From Dendrobates tinctorius (taxonomy: Eukaryota): 64,000 bases of DNA. The stretch lies in NCBI RefSeq assembly GCF_039654945.1, contig NW_027361687.1:66588001-66652000 (forward strand), read 5' to 3'. Every line of letters begins with the position of its first letter. Positions within the stretch are counted from its first letter, which is position 1. Positions 14,532 to 25,400 of this stretch are shown here, in pieces. The position numbers and the translations under genes are program-made. Below the pieces are notes generated by a model. That model ran no database searches. It was given only the letters and a program-made list of their open reading frames with translations, and had not been told where the DNA came from.

Positions 14532-14912
14532 TAAGTCAAATATAGAGTCACTGCACACGTGGATTTTTGCAAAAGTGGAAAATCTTTAATTCTATTGGAC
14601 GGTGAAGAAGGTACAGCTTTTTTGACGTTTCGGCCTCACAATGGCCTTTATCATATAGTCGCCCTTCGAGAAGAAAGATTGTAGTCATCGGTTAGATAGT
14701 TTCACTGTTAGACAATGTTTTTAGAGTAAATGGATTGTCCTTTGTAGCAAGTAGTCCTGGTTCAAGGGGATCCACAACTGTGTGAATGTGCCCAAAGCTA
14801 ATTGCCTTTAAGATAAGTGATTCTAGAGGATCCACAATTATGCCAGTGTGCCCAAGGTACATCGCAATCATTGGTGGCAGTGGTGGATGCAGGCACCGCC
14901 GTGCCTGTGCAG
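14532..14912 (-). mobile_element. 381-bp non-coding retroposed insert, Penelope-like/retrozyme-like, with a hammerhead-like motif
   Basis: 12-bp TSD TGGTGGTAAGCA at 14520-14531 and 14913-14924. Minus strand has ATGATAAAGGCC-attgtga-GGCCGAAACGTC followed by an ATTAAA signal. Confidence 0.65.
14620..14658 (-). ncRNA. Degenerate minimal type I hammerhead ribozyme motif
   Basis: Core-like ATGATAA, stem II GGCC/GGCC, GAAA, palindromic ACGT, then C. Stem I is weak and core positions 3/8 are A/A rather than C/G or U/A. Confidence 0.5.
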
Positions 14913-16247
14913 TGGTGGTAAGCAAACAGGCCAGAGAGCACCCTGGTGTCAGGCTGAATAGTCCAAAATGGGCGCCTCAGTGGTTTTGTTTCCAATGTTT
15001 TATTTATTGAAAATTATTGGCAACTAGTGTATCGGCCGATATTAGCTGTATCGGAATTCCGATACTGACTTCCGATACTTTTTTCATATCGGATACCGGA
15101 ATCGAAAGTTCCCATAATGCTGTGAGCCGGCTCGCTTTGATTCAGCCAATGGGAATCCTCAGAAGTGTAGGCACATCCTGTTAGGCAAGTAGGCGTGTTA
15201 ACTATTGGCATGGCTGTGATTGGCGCTGAAATGAGATGTCATGATGCACTATAAAAGCCACCGCAGCCGCCATTTCTGGTCACTCTGCTGTGAATTCAGT
15301 TAGGGACAGGCTGCTATTGAAGACTGTGAGGGACAGTTAGAAATAGCGATTCTCAAAACAATATTGTGTTTTACCCAGGCTACATAAACCACCACTGTAG
15401 CTTTCTTTTCCCTAGCAGCAGTGTTCACAGCTGTCTGCAGGGGCTGTGTGAGTGCAGCTCACGCTGTGGAGTGGGTCCTGCAGCCACGCCTGGTTGTAGG
15501 CCGCCCAGCGTGCCTCACTGCTGCCTCATACATATTTTTCTTTTTGAGCTGCTTAGTTTTAAAAAATTCTATCTAGTGTGCTTCCAATCGGTATCCATAT
15601 ACGTTGGTTGCAAACACTAGTAGTAGACAGCGGAGCCTTTCTGCAGCCTTTCAGTGCTAGTGCCCACTTAGCTGCACACGCTGAGTAGTGTGTCCTGCAG
15701 CTACGTCTGGTTGTAGGCCGCTCAGCGTGCATCACTGCCTCACACATATTTTTCTTTAATTGCAGCTCATTTTTTCTTCTATTAGTGTGCATCCATCCAT
15801 ATCCATCTACATTGGTTGGTTGCAAGCACTATATAGGAGTAGATAGAGGAGCCTTTTTTCTGGCTTGTGCCCTTAAGCTGCAGCCAGATTAGTATTACCC
15901 AATTTTTTTGGAGCCTCATCTTTTGCATTGTAGGTTACCTGCCTGCATTGTAATAGCTCCAAAAAGTTGGTGATACTCTCGCTTTCAAATCTTTGGTCAC
16001 ATCCTTTTAGTTTCCCCCCCCCCAAAAAAAAAACAGCAAAGTTCACCAAACACTACATTTGAAAGTTGTGTAGGCCACATTAGCTCCCATTAAAGTGTAG
16101 TCGACACACACACTGCATAAAATTAGTGTTTCTTAAACCTGTAACCAGCTGTTCAGGAATAAGCACACTAAGGCCCCCTTTGTACTTTTCTGCCTATCTT
16201 TCTCAGTCTAGCAAGATGAAGAAGGCAGGGAGTAAGGCACGTGGACA

Positions 16248-16353
16248 TGGGGATTCTGCATGGAGAGGACGTGGGGATTCTGCAGGGAGAGGATGTGGGG
16301 ATTCTGCAGGGAGAGGATGTGGGGATTCTGCAGGGAGAGGACGTGGGGATTCT
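16248..16353 (+). repeat. 24-bp coding tandem repeat (GDSAGRG[C/R]) in the transposase N-terminus
   Basis: GGGGATTCTGCAGGGAGAGGA(C/T)GT about 4.5 times. Confidence 0.85.
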
Positions 16354-17099
16354 GTGCCTGCTGTTGGCACCAGTGAGTCAGCATCCCCCAGTTTTAGCAG
16401 GCAACAGTCCTTTATGCACAGCTTTGTAGGACCTCACCGTACCCCACTGCTGCGGGAGGAACAAATTGAAGCTGTTGTGGGATGGATGGCAGCTAACGCA
16501 TCGACTTCAATTACTTCCACATCCTCTCAGGGCCAGAGCACCGAAGAGCAACCATCTGTCTCTTCACCACCTGCCAAAGTGCCCAGGCAGTCTGAGAGCC
16601 CTGGACAGGAGCCATCACAGTCTCCACTTCTGTTCTCGGAATCTGTTGGTTTGGAAAGAGGGGGCCAGCCAAGCAGCATTCCAGAATGTGAAGAAGAGGG
16701 AGTATGCAGTGATGCTCAACTTTGTCCCTATGAATCTGAAGAGGCAGGTGGGCCAGTGCCTATGGTCAGCACACCTCAGTACGCATCAGATGATGACGAG
16801 ACACAGTTGCCACTTTCTGTTGCGTACAGTGCTGGCGAGACAACCCAGGAGAAGCAGGTGTTTGAAGAGGGGAGTGTAGATGACCCATCATGGCGTGAGG
16901 AACAGGAAGGTGGTGGGAGCAGCTCTGAGGAAGAGATTCCCCGAACGGCAAAAACCGGAGGGAGAGGGAGGGGGCAGACTTGGTTGCCTGTAGCCTCCAC
17001 TTCGGCACCCGTTAGGAGCATTCCACTTTCAAAAGGCAAAACGGGCGCTCCCAAGACTTGCAGTGCATGGTCCTTTTTTGACACAGTTGCAGATGACAT

Positions 17100-19523
17100 T
17101 TGCTTTGTCAAATGCAAGCTGTGTCATCAGAGTCAAAAGAGGGAAAAATGTCAGCAACCTCAATACCACTAAAATGTGGAAACGTGCGGATCAAGCACGA
17201 GGTGGAGTTACACAGACACACTGAAGACGTAGGCCAATGTACAGCACCACCTACCACCTCTTCAGCTCGTGTTGGGGCCTCTTCCTTCAGCTCACACACA
17301 GCTGGTTCGGCTTCCTCACAGGATCGCCGGGGAAGAACCTCTGGCACTGTTGTCCGGAGACCTAGGTACCTAGGAGGTAGCGACCATGCTATTTTAGAAT
17401 TTTGGATAACTAGAGGCGGAAGACCTGTGAAGACTCAGACGTCAAGGTTAGATTTCAGAAAGGCAGATTTTAAGGGATTCAGAAAGAGAATTGGAGGGAT
17501 CCAATGGCTGGATATCCTTAAAGACAAAAATGTCCAGGAAGGATGGGAAATCTTGAAAAATGAAATTCTCAAAGCACAGTTGTTAACAATTCCGAAAAGA
17601 GGGAAGAATAGGAAGCATTTAAGGAAACCAGGATGGATGAACACAGAACTTAAGCACATGCTAAAAAGGAAGAAAAAAATGTTTATAAAATGGAAAGAGG
17701 GAGGCATATCTAAAGAAGAATATAATGCTGTCTGCAGAACCTGCAGGGCACAAATCAGATTAGCTAAAGCTGAAAATGAATTGAGGCTTGCAAGAGATGT
17801 CAAAAGCAATAATAAAGGATTTTGGGGATATGTCAAAAGTAAAAGAAAAGTCAAAGATGCTATAGGATTTTTACAGGATGAAAATGATGAAATGGTAAGA
17901 CAGGATGTTGAGAAGGCTGAACTTTTAAATTCCTATTTTGCATCTGTTTTCTCTCAGAAAGGAAATGTAACATCAACTGTTATTCACTGTCCTATTAAGG
18001 GAATAGAAGAATCCAGGATATCTATAAACAGAAAGATAGTGAGGAAACACTTAGCTAACCTAAATGAATTCAAGTCTCCAGGTCCAGATGAATTACACCC
18101 CAGAGTACTGAAGGAGATAGCAGAAGAAATTTTTGAACCCCTCTCCATAATCTTTGAAAATTCTTGGCGAACAGGAGATGTGCCAGAAGACTGGAGAAGA
18201 GCAAATGTTGTTCCTATCTTCAAAAAGGGGAAGAAGGTGGACCCAGGCAACTATAGGCCGGTGAGTCTGACTTCTATACCAGGAAAGATCTTTGAACAAA
18301 TTATTAAACAACATGTATGTCAATACCTGGATAAGAATGAAGTGATTAAACAGAGTCAGCATGGGTTTGTAACTAATAAGTCATGTCAGACTAATTTAAT
18401 TTCCTTCTATGACGGTATTACTGATTGGGTGGATCAAGGAAATGCTGTAGATATAGTATATCTTGACTTCAGCAAAGCATTTGACAAAGTCTCTCATACA
18501 ATCCTTATTGAAAAAATGACTAAGTATGGAATGGACAAGGCAACTGTTAGGTGGATTCATAACTGGCTTAGTGATCGGACCCAAAGAGTGGTCGTAAATG
18601 GCTGCACATCCAGTTGGAAGAATGTCTCAAGTGGGGTACCACAGGGCTCTGTCCTGGGCCCTGTATTGTTCAACATCTTTATCAACGATTTAGATGAAGG
18701 AATTGAGGGTAAACTGATTAAATTTGCTGATGACACAAAGCTAGGAGGGATAGCTAATACTAGAGAAGAGAGAGAGAGGATTCAAAAAGATTTAAATAAA
18801 CTGGAGAAGTGGGCAGCAACTAACAGAATGGTTTTTAACAGGGAGAAATGCAAAGTACTACATCTGGGCAATAAAAATGAAAAAAGCATATATAGAATGG
18901 GAGGAATAGGGCTAAGTGACAGCACATGTGAAAAAGACTTGGGTATACTAATAGATCACAGACTGAATATGAGTCAACAGTGTGATGCAGCAGCAAAAAA
19001 GGCAAATGCAATTCTAGGATGTATTAACAGAAGCATACAGTCTAGATCACGTGAAGTAATTATTTCCCTCTACTCCTCTTTGGTCAGACCTCATCTGGAA
19101 TATTGTGTCCAATTTTGGGCACCACATTTTAAAAAAGACATCAAAAAACTGGAGCAAGTTCAGAAAAGAGCGACCAGAATGGTGACTGGTCTGCAAACCC
19201 TGTCTTATGAGGAAAGGTTGCAGGATTTGGGAATGTTTAGTTTGCAAAAGAGAAGACTGAGAGGAGACTTAATAGCTGTCTACAAATATCTAAAGGGCTG
19301 TCACATTGTAGAAGGATCAACTTTATTCTCATTTGCACAAGGAAAGACTAGAAGCAATGGGATGAAGCTGAATGGGAGGAGACACAGATTAGATATTAGA
19401 AAAAACTTTTTGACAGTTAGAGTGATCAATGAGTGGAACAGGCTGCCACGAGAAGTGGTGAGTTCTCCTTCAATGGAAGTCTTCAAACAGAGGCTGGACA
19501 GACATCTAACTGGGATGATTTAG
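17100..19523 (+). CDS. 807-aa chimeric ORF: about 88 aa of hAT-derived sequence in frame with CR1 reverse transcriptase (expression unproven)
   Basis: ORF track; junction ...GTVVRRP|RYLGGSDHAILEF. Confidence 0.4.
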   Translation: MLCQMQAVSSESKEGKMSATSIPLKCGNVRIKHEVELHRHTEDVGQCTAPPTTSSARVGASSFSSHTAGSASSQDRRGRTSGTVVRRPRYLGGSDHAILEFWITRGGRPVKTQTSRLDFRKADFKGFRKRIGGIQWLDILKDKNVQEGWEILKNEILKAQLLTIPKRGKNRKHLRKPGWMNTELKHMLKRKKKMFIKWKEGGISKEEYNAVCRTCRAQIRLAKAENELRLARDVKSNNKGFWGYVKSKRKVKDAIGFLQDENDEMVRQDVEKAELLNSYFASVFSQKGNVTSTVIHCPIKGIEESRISINRKIVRKHLANLNEFKSPGPDELHPRVLKEIAEEIFEPLSIIFENSWRTGDVPEDWRRANVVPIFKKGKKVDPGNYRPVSLTSIPGKIFEQIIKQHVCQYLDKNEVIKQSQHGFVTNKSCQTNLISFYDGITDWVDQGNAVDIVYLDFSKAFDKVSHTILIEKMTKYGMDKATVRWIHNWLSDRTQRVVVNGCTSSWKNVSSGVPQGSVLGPVLFNIFINDLDEGIEGKLIKFADDTKLGGIANTREERERIQKDLNKLEKWAATNRMVFNREKCKVLHLGNKNEKSIYRMGGIGLSDSTCEKDLGILIDHRLNMSQQCDAAAKKANAILGCINRSIQSRSREVIISLYSSLVRPHLEYCVQFWAPHFKKDIKKLEQVQKRATRMVTGLQTLSYEERLQDLGMFSLQKRRLRGDLIAVYKYLKGCHIVEGSTLFSFAQGKTRSNGMKLNGRRHRLDIRKNFLTVRVINEWNRLPREVVSSPSMEVFKQRLDRHLTGMI

Positions 19524-19616
19524 CGAATCCTGCTTTGAGCAGGGGGTTGGACCAGATAGCCCAGGAGGTCCCTTCCAACTCTACGATTCAATGATTCTAT
19601 GATTCTATGATTCTAT
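17363..19616 (+). mobile_element. 5'-truncated CR1 LINE with an uninterrupted ORF2 (endonuclease tail plus RT)
   Basis: LGGSDH, KSPGPD, NYRPVSLTS, YLDFSKAFDKV, GVPQGSVLGP, KFADD; stop at 19523. (GATTCTAT)n 3' tail. GACC at both junctions (17359-17362, 19617-19620). The hAT frame rejoins as VRRP/CDIPP. Confidence 0.96.
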
Positions 19617-21879
19617 GACCCTGTGACATTCCACCCACAGCACCACGTTCCAAGTCATCCTCACACTCCCAGGCCACTCGATAGCCATCGGTAGCACAGG
19701 CATGGGAGAAAAGGCGGCCATACTCGGCAAACCATCCCCGAGCACAGGCTCTGAATGCTGGCATTGCCAAACTACTGGCACTTGAAATGCTGTCATTCAA
19801 GCTGGTGGAGACTGACACCTTTCGGGACTTCATGGCATTGGCAGTCCCACAATACACCGTGCCCAGCCGCTTTTATTTCAGCAGGCGAGCCGTCCCTGCC
19901 CTGCAGAAACATGTGGAGGCAAACATAAAAGATGCGCTACTAAACGCCGTCAGTAGCAAGGTCCACCTGACCACCGATGCGTGGACCAGTAACCATGGAC
20001 AGGGACGATACCTTTCCCTCACTGCCCATTGGGTCAATGTTGTGGAGCCGGGTACAGATCTGGAGAGTGGCGCTCTACGTGTTCTGCCAACTCCACGGAT
20101 TGCAGGAATCTAGTCTGTACACATTGACTCCTCCTACTCAAGTTCCTCTGAAACAGCGCAGCAGGAGCCTGTTACGACTGATATGAGCACAGCCGTGGCC
20201 AAACGTCAACAGGCCATACTGAAATTAATTTCTTTGGGGAATCGAAGCCACACAGCGCAGGAGCTCTGGAATGCCATCAAGCAGGAGAGCAACGTGTGGT
20301 TTCTGCCACCGAATCTCCAGCCAGGCTTGGTAGTGTGTGACAATCGCCTAAATCTTGTGGCAGCTCTTGGCCTTGGCAACCTCACTCACATCCCATGTCT
20401 GGCACATGTGCTCAACTTGGTCATGCAGAGCTTTCTGAGGGACTATCCGGATCTTGATGCACTGCTGCACAAGGTCCGCATAGAGTGCGCTCACTTGCGG
20501 CGTTCCAGCACGGCAAGGTCGCGCCTTGCTGCTCTGCAGTGCCGATTACGCCTTCCGGAACATCGCATCATATGTGACCTACCCACCAGGTGGGATTCTA
20601 CGTTACATATGTTGGAGCGGTTGTGTGAGCAGCAGGCAGCAGTCGTGGAGTACCAGCTGCATCAGGCGCAAACAAGTCGCACTGTGCGCCGGTCACACTT
20701 CAGCACCACTGAGTGGGCCTCTATGAAGGACATCTGCCTCGTTTTGCGTGCCTTCGATGATTCCATGCGGATGGCGAGTGCAGATGATGCACTAGTCAGC
20801 ATGACTGTCCCCCTTATCTGCCTGCTTCAAAAAACACTGCAAGCACTAAGGGATGAGGTTTTGGAAGAGGTGGGGGATGAGGAGTCCCAAATGCCATCTG
20901 CTTCTGGACAGTCTGCCCTACGTGCTTCCTCACAAAGGCCTAGGCAGGGGACACTTTGTGAGGAGGATGAGGAGGAAGACATCTCTCCAGAGGAGGGAGG
21001 TACACAAAGCTCTTGTCAGTATGTACAGCGAGGGTGGGGTGATGCAGAGCAGGTAGAGATCACGCCTCAAGCAGGGGACAGCGGTTCTTTGGCAGTTGGG
21101 AGTCTGCAGCACATGATTGACTTCATGCTGCAGTGCCTGAAAAACGACCGCCGCATCGCCCACATTCTCTACACGGCTGATTATTGGGTGTACACCCTCC
21201 TAGATCCTCGCTACCGGGACAACTTGCAAACCCTCATACCAACGTTGAACCGGGAGCGTAAACTGCAGGAGTACCAAGACACACTGGTGCAGTCCATCAT
21301 GTTTTCCATTCCACTCGACAGCAGTGGTGCCAGTGCTTTACAAAGCACCTCTGTGCGTCAAGCCAGTGGAGGAAACTCGGCACAAAGAGGGAGCAGAGGC
21401 AGCGCCTCAGCACAAGGCAAGACCACTATGGCCCAAATGTGGCAAAGTTTTGTGTGTCCGCCACAATTGTCTACACCGTCACTGACGGCTCCAGTCAGCA
21501 GGAGGCAACGTTTCTGTCAGATGGTTTCAGACTACATGTCTTGCCCTGTGAGTGTACTCCCAGATGGCTCTTCCCCCTTCAAGTTTTGGGTCTCTAAGCT
21601 GGATACATGGCCAGAGCTTAGCCAGTATGCATTGGAGGTGCTGGCTTGCCCTGCTGCCAGTGTCTTATCGGAACGCGTCTTTAGTGCCGCAGGTGGTGTA
21701 CTAACAGACCGTCGCACGCGACTTTCTTCCGATAACGTCGCCCGGCTTACTTTTCTGAAAATGAACAAGGCCTGGATCTCCCCAGAATTTGCCAGTCCTC
21801 TTCCCGACTAAATAACTGGTTGGCAACTGTATCCAGGTCTCCTGTTGTGTTCATGTTTCTACCACCTGAACTATAATCC

Positions 21880-24800
21880 CTGGGCTTCAACACAGCCAGT
21901 TGTCGCTCAGATGTGTCGTCTGCACAGAGAAACACAAGCTGCTGTGTTAGTGGGGTTCAGTAATGCCAGCTGCTCCCCTGCTGTGTGGACGGGAAAGTCT
22001 CCTGCTCCATCCACATTCAAACTACTACTGATTTCTAACCCTGCTCCACTTAGGCCTCTGGCTCCACTGTCTCTAGTATTTCCCCTGGCCTCCAACCCCG
22101 CCAGTTGCTGCTATGAAGTGGCGTCTGCACAATCCACACTTGTTCCTGAGTTACTGGGGCTCAGTTACGTCAGTTGATCCCCTGATGTGTGTCCGGCAAG
22201 GTCTACTGGTCTGTCCACATTCCCATTACTAGTAGTTTGAATGAGGACAGAGCAGGAGACCTTTCCAGACACACATCAGGGGATCAATGACGGGACGGAG
22301 CCCAAGTAACACAGGAACAAGTGTGGATTGTGCTGACACCACTTCAGAGCTGTCACTGGCGGGGTTGGAGGCCAGGGGAAATACTAGAGACAGTGGAGCC
22401 TGAGGCCTAAGTGGAGCACGGTTACAATCAGTAGTAGTCTACAACCTCTATAAAACGTGCTGCAAGATGGCCTCAGCCTGCTCCATGCCTCATCCTGGGC
22501 TCCAACAACGCCAGTTGGTGTTCAGAAGTGCCGTCTTCGCAGAGAAAAACACACTCGCTACTGTGTCTGCAGTCTACACAGCAGGGGAACAGCTGGCATT
22601 ACTGAACCCTGTTAGAGTGTTAGAGTGTTAGCGACTCCTGGAGTGGACCCTCTGGGTCGCGGCACCAACCCTCCCAGGGCGAGCTAGCCTAGTGAAGACC
22701 ACCCCCTATACAGGGAGTGTCAGGAGCAAGCCCCAGGGGATACGATACCACGACTGCTGGCACCAGGCGGCCGGTTCACAGGAGATACGAGACTGTGTGA
22801 CTGGAAGGTGCAGGATACTAGGGAACACAGGAGAGTACACGGGAGTGCGCTGAGTAAAGGGTAGTGCTAGATGGGTACACGTGGGCACATAAGGCGTGTA
22901 GCAAGTAACAGAACACAGGAATAGAGTGAATGCCAGGAGGCACAGCGGAGCAAGAAACAAGGGACAGGATACGAGAGGATGTGCCAGGAGGCACAACTGA
23001 GCATGAAGCAACAAGGGTTCAGAGCAAGTGCTAGGAGCACCACAGAATAGCAGACAGAGCAGAGGACCTGAGAACAGCGCACAGCCAGGCTGGGACACAG
23101 CTGACCCAGCCAGGAAGCACAACAATAATCAGGCACCTCCCCTAGGGGGAGGTCAACTGATATAGCACATGACTGCTACTGGTTCCGGGTCAGGACCTAG
23201 CCAGAAAGCACATGACCACTAGTGGTTCCGGGTCGGGTCCTCCAATACCATAGAGAGGACCGAGCCCTATACAGCACTGACAGGAGCGCGCAAGCGCAAA
23301 CGTGGCATGGAGGAGGAGACCCGGGGACGAGAGTTGCGCGTGCGCACCCGACGGGGACCCCTGAGGGACCGCCGTACCGGAAGGAGTGACGTCGGGGCCG
23401 AAGCCCCGCCTCCTGGTGAGCGCGGCATAACAAACCCCACAGACACAGGAGCTAGTGTGTTTTGCTCTGTGAAGACGGCACTTCTGAACACCAACTGGCG
23501 TTGTTGGAGCCCAGGATGAAGCATGGAGCAGGCTGAGGCCTGATTGTTTTGGCATGTGGAGGCAGCAGGAGACATTGCCGTCCACACAGCAGGGGAACAG
23601 CTGTCGTTACTGAATCCGACTTACACAGGAGCTAGTGTGTTTTGCTCTGTGAAGACGGCACTTCTGAACACCAACTAGCATTGTTGGAGCCCAGGTTGAG
23701 GCATGGAGCAGGCTGAGGTCTGATGTTGTTGGCATGTGGATGGAGCAGGAGACTTTGCAGTCTACACAGCAGGGGAACAGCTGGCATTACTGAACCCCAC
23801 AAAGTCTCCTGCTCCATCCACATGCCAACATCAGACCTCAGCCTGCTCCATGCCTCAACCTGGGCTCCAACAACGCTAGTTGGTGTTCAGAAGTGCCGTC
23901 TTCACAGAGCAAAACACACTAGCTCCTGTGTAAGTGGGGTTCAGTAACGTCAGCTGTTCCCCTGCTGTGTGGACGGCAATGTCTCCTGCTGCCTCCACAT
24001 GCCAAAAACATCTGGCCTCAGCCTGCTCCATGCTTCATCCTGGGCTCCAACAACGCCAGTTGGTGTTCAGAAGTGCAAACTACTACTGATTTTTAACCGT
24101 GCTCCACTTAGGCCTCCGGCTCCACTGTCTCTAGTTTTTCCCCTGGCCTCCAACCCCGCCAGTTGCTGCTCTGTAGTGGCGACTGCACAATCCACACTTG
24201 TTCCTGATTTACTGGGGCTCAGTCACGTCAGTTGATCCCCTCATGTGTGTCCGGCAAGGTCTCCTGCTCTGTCCACATTCCCATTACTAGTAGTGTGAAT
24301 GAGGACTGAGCAGGAGACCTTGCCAGACACACATCAGGGGATCAACTGACGTGACTGAGCCACAGTTACACAGGAACAAGTGTGCATTGTGCAGACGCCA
24401 CTTCAGAGCAGGAACTGGCGGGGTTGGAAGCCAGGGGAAATACTAGAGACAGTGGAGCCGGAGGCCATAGTGGAGCATGGTTACAATCAGTAGTAGTCTA
24501 CAACCTCTATAAAACCAGCTGCAAGTTGGCCTCCGCCTGCTGCATGCTTCATCCTGGGCTACAACACAGCCAGTTGTAGCCTGGAAGTGCCATCCACACA
24601 GATTGAAACACTCGCTCCGGTGTCTGTGGGGTTCAGTAACGCCAGCTGTTCCCCTGCTGTGTGGATGGCAAAGTCTCCTGCTGCATCCAAACTCACACTA
24701 CATCGTATTTTCTCCTCGCTCTAAGTAGGCCTCAGCCTGCTCGGAGCATTGATCCTGGGCTACAACACAGCCAGTTGTAGCCTGGAAGAGCCGTCTGCAC

Positions 24801-25400
24801 AGATTGAAACACTCGCTCCGGTGTCTGTGGGGTTCAGTAACGCCAGCTGTTCCCCTGCTGTGTGGATGGCAAAGTCTCCTGCTGCCTCCAACACACTACT
24901 ACTGATTTTTAACCGTGCTCCACTTAGGCCTCTGGCTCTACTGGTCTCTAGTATTTCCCCTAGCCTCCAACCCCAGCCAGTCGCTGCTCTGAAGTGGCGT
25001 CTGCACAATCCACTCTTGTTACTGTGGCTCAGGCACGTCAGTTGATCCACTGATGTGTGTCCGGCAATGTCTCCCGCTCTGTCCCCATTCCCATTACTAG
25101 TAGTGGGAATGTGGACAGAGCAGGAGACCTTGACGGACACACATCAGTGGATCAACTGACGTAAATGAGCCCCAGTCACACAGGAACAAGTGTGGATTGT
25201 GCACACGCCACTTCAGAGCAGCGACTGGCGGGGTTGGAGGCCAGGGGAAATACTAGAGACAGTAGAGCCTGAGGCCTAAGTGGAGCCCGGTTAAAATCAG
25301 TAGTTGTGTACAACCAATATAAAGCTCGCTCCAAGTAGGCCTCAGCCTGCTGCATGATTGACCCCTGGGCTCCAACATCGCCAGTTGCAGCTCAGAAGTG
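21880..25400. repeat. Internal hAT repeat modules forming several ~400-600-bp palindromes
   Basis: Palindromes centred on ACTAGT at 22228, 24286 and 25096; another inverted pair at about 23440-24075. Confidence 0.8.
22610..23432 (-). mobile_element. Solo LTR (Gypsy-like) inside the hAT element
   Basis: TGTTA...TAACA termini; 5-bp TSD AACCC at 22605-22609 and 23433-23437. Confidence 0.85.

Larger units (their letters stand above)
1..14984. repeat. Two-tier tandem array, block 1: runs of a 32-bp unit alternating with a diverged cassette; interrupted at 7750-9369 and 14532-14912
   Basis: Unit CCGGTGGCACGCCAACGGGAAAAGGGTGTGCT is visible throughout. Translations cycle every 32 aa (3 x 32 bp). 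The cassette GGCAGGATAAAAAGTCCAAGATGGGTACC...AAGCAAAAATGCCAAGTATTGGGCCC recurs. Confidence 0.95.
16216..21811 (+). pseudogene. hAT transposase (ZBED-like: BED finger, DDE core, dimerization domain), disrupted by a frameshift, stops and the CR1 insertion
   Basis: SAWSFF...CKLC...H BED finger; VPSRFYFS; HLTTDAWTS...YLSLTAHW; VCDN; HIPCLAHVLNL; DLPTRWDST; LLDPRYR; WPELSQYALEVLACPAASVLSERVFSAAG. Confidence 0.92.

Noticed and set aside
16216-21811. Domesticated ZBED host gene
   Set aside because: It lies within TIR/TSD-bounded hAT ends and has a frameshift, stops and a CR1 insertion.
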